A stretch of 64,000 nucleotides of DNA, taken from Balanoglossus misakiensis. Its lineage: Eukaryota > Animalia > Hemichordata. Both the position numbers and the translations under genes were made by a program. Below the pieces are notes generated by a model. It was not told the DNA's origin. It searched no databases and worked only from the letters and a program-made list of their open reading frames with translations. The DNA is taken from positions 5,550,209-5,614,208 of the forward strand of contig CM082592.2 of assembly GCA_040954595.2 (NCBI GenBank), read 5' to 3'. Shown one piece after another: positions 63,990-64,000 of the stretch. The stretch's first letter is position 1. Each line of letters begins with the position of its first letter.

Positions 63990-64000
63990 CTTCGGAATAA

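Overview
Intron-rich animal genomic DNA with GT-AG splicing, not prokaryotic. The gene and repeat style suggests a marine invertebrate deuterostome such as a hemichordate, but the taxon is only inferred. I assembled spliced gene models by hand, and every complete one closes in frame. In order they are: a divergent tyrosylprotein sulfotransferase (+), argininosuccinate lyase (-), an SLC15A4-like transporter (-), two head-to-head SDR genes resembling bacterial 3-hydroxybutyrate dehydrogenase and both ending in the peroxisomal signal SKL, three sigma-class GSTs between those SDRs, and two tandem SLC13 transporters (-, the second cut by the window edge). An orphan inverted SLC13 exon fragment lies just upstream of GST1. 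Main observations: (1) a repeatedly duplicated SDR/GST/SLC13 block, near the TPST, whose members carry substitutions at usually conserved ligand-binding motifs, making it a candidate animal specialised-metabolism or detoxification cluster; (2) three TAGTCT...AGACTA elements with perfect 9-bp TSDs, two only 59-66 bp long, with the 456-bp copy proven as an insertion by a paralogous empty site; (3) the GST2 promoter lost about 100 bp of motifs and gained that element; (4) three copies of a decayed, spliced, possibly Crypton-type element. No rRNA, tRNA or CRISPR array was seen.
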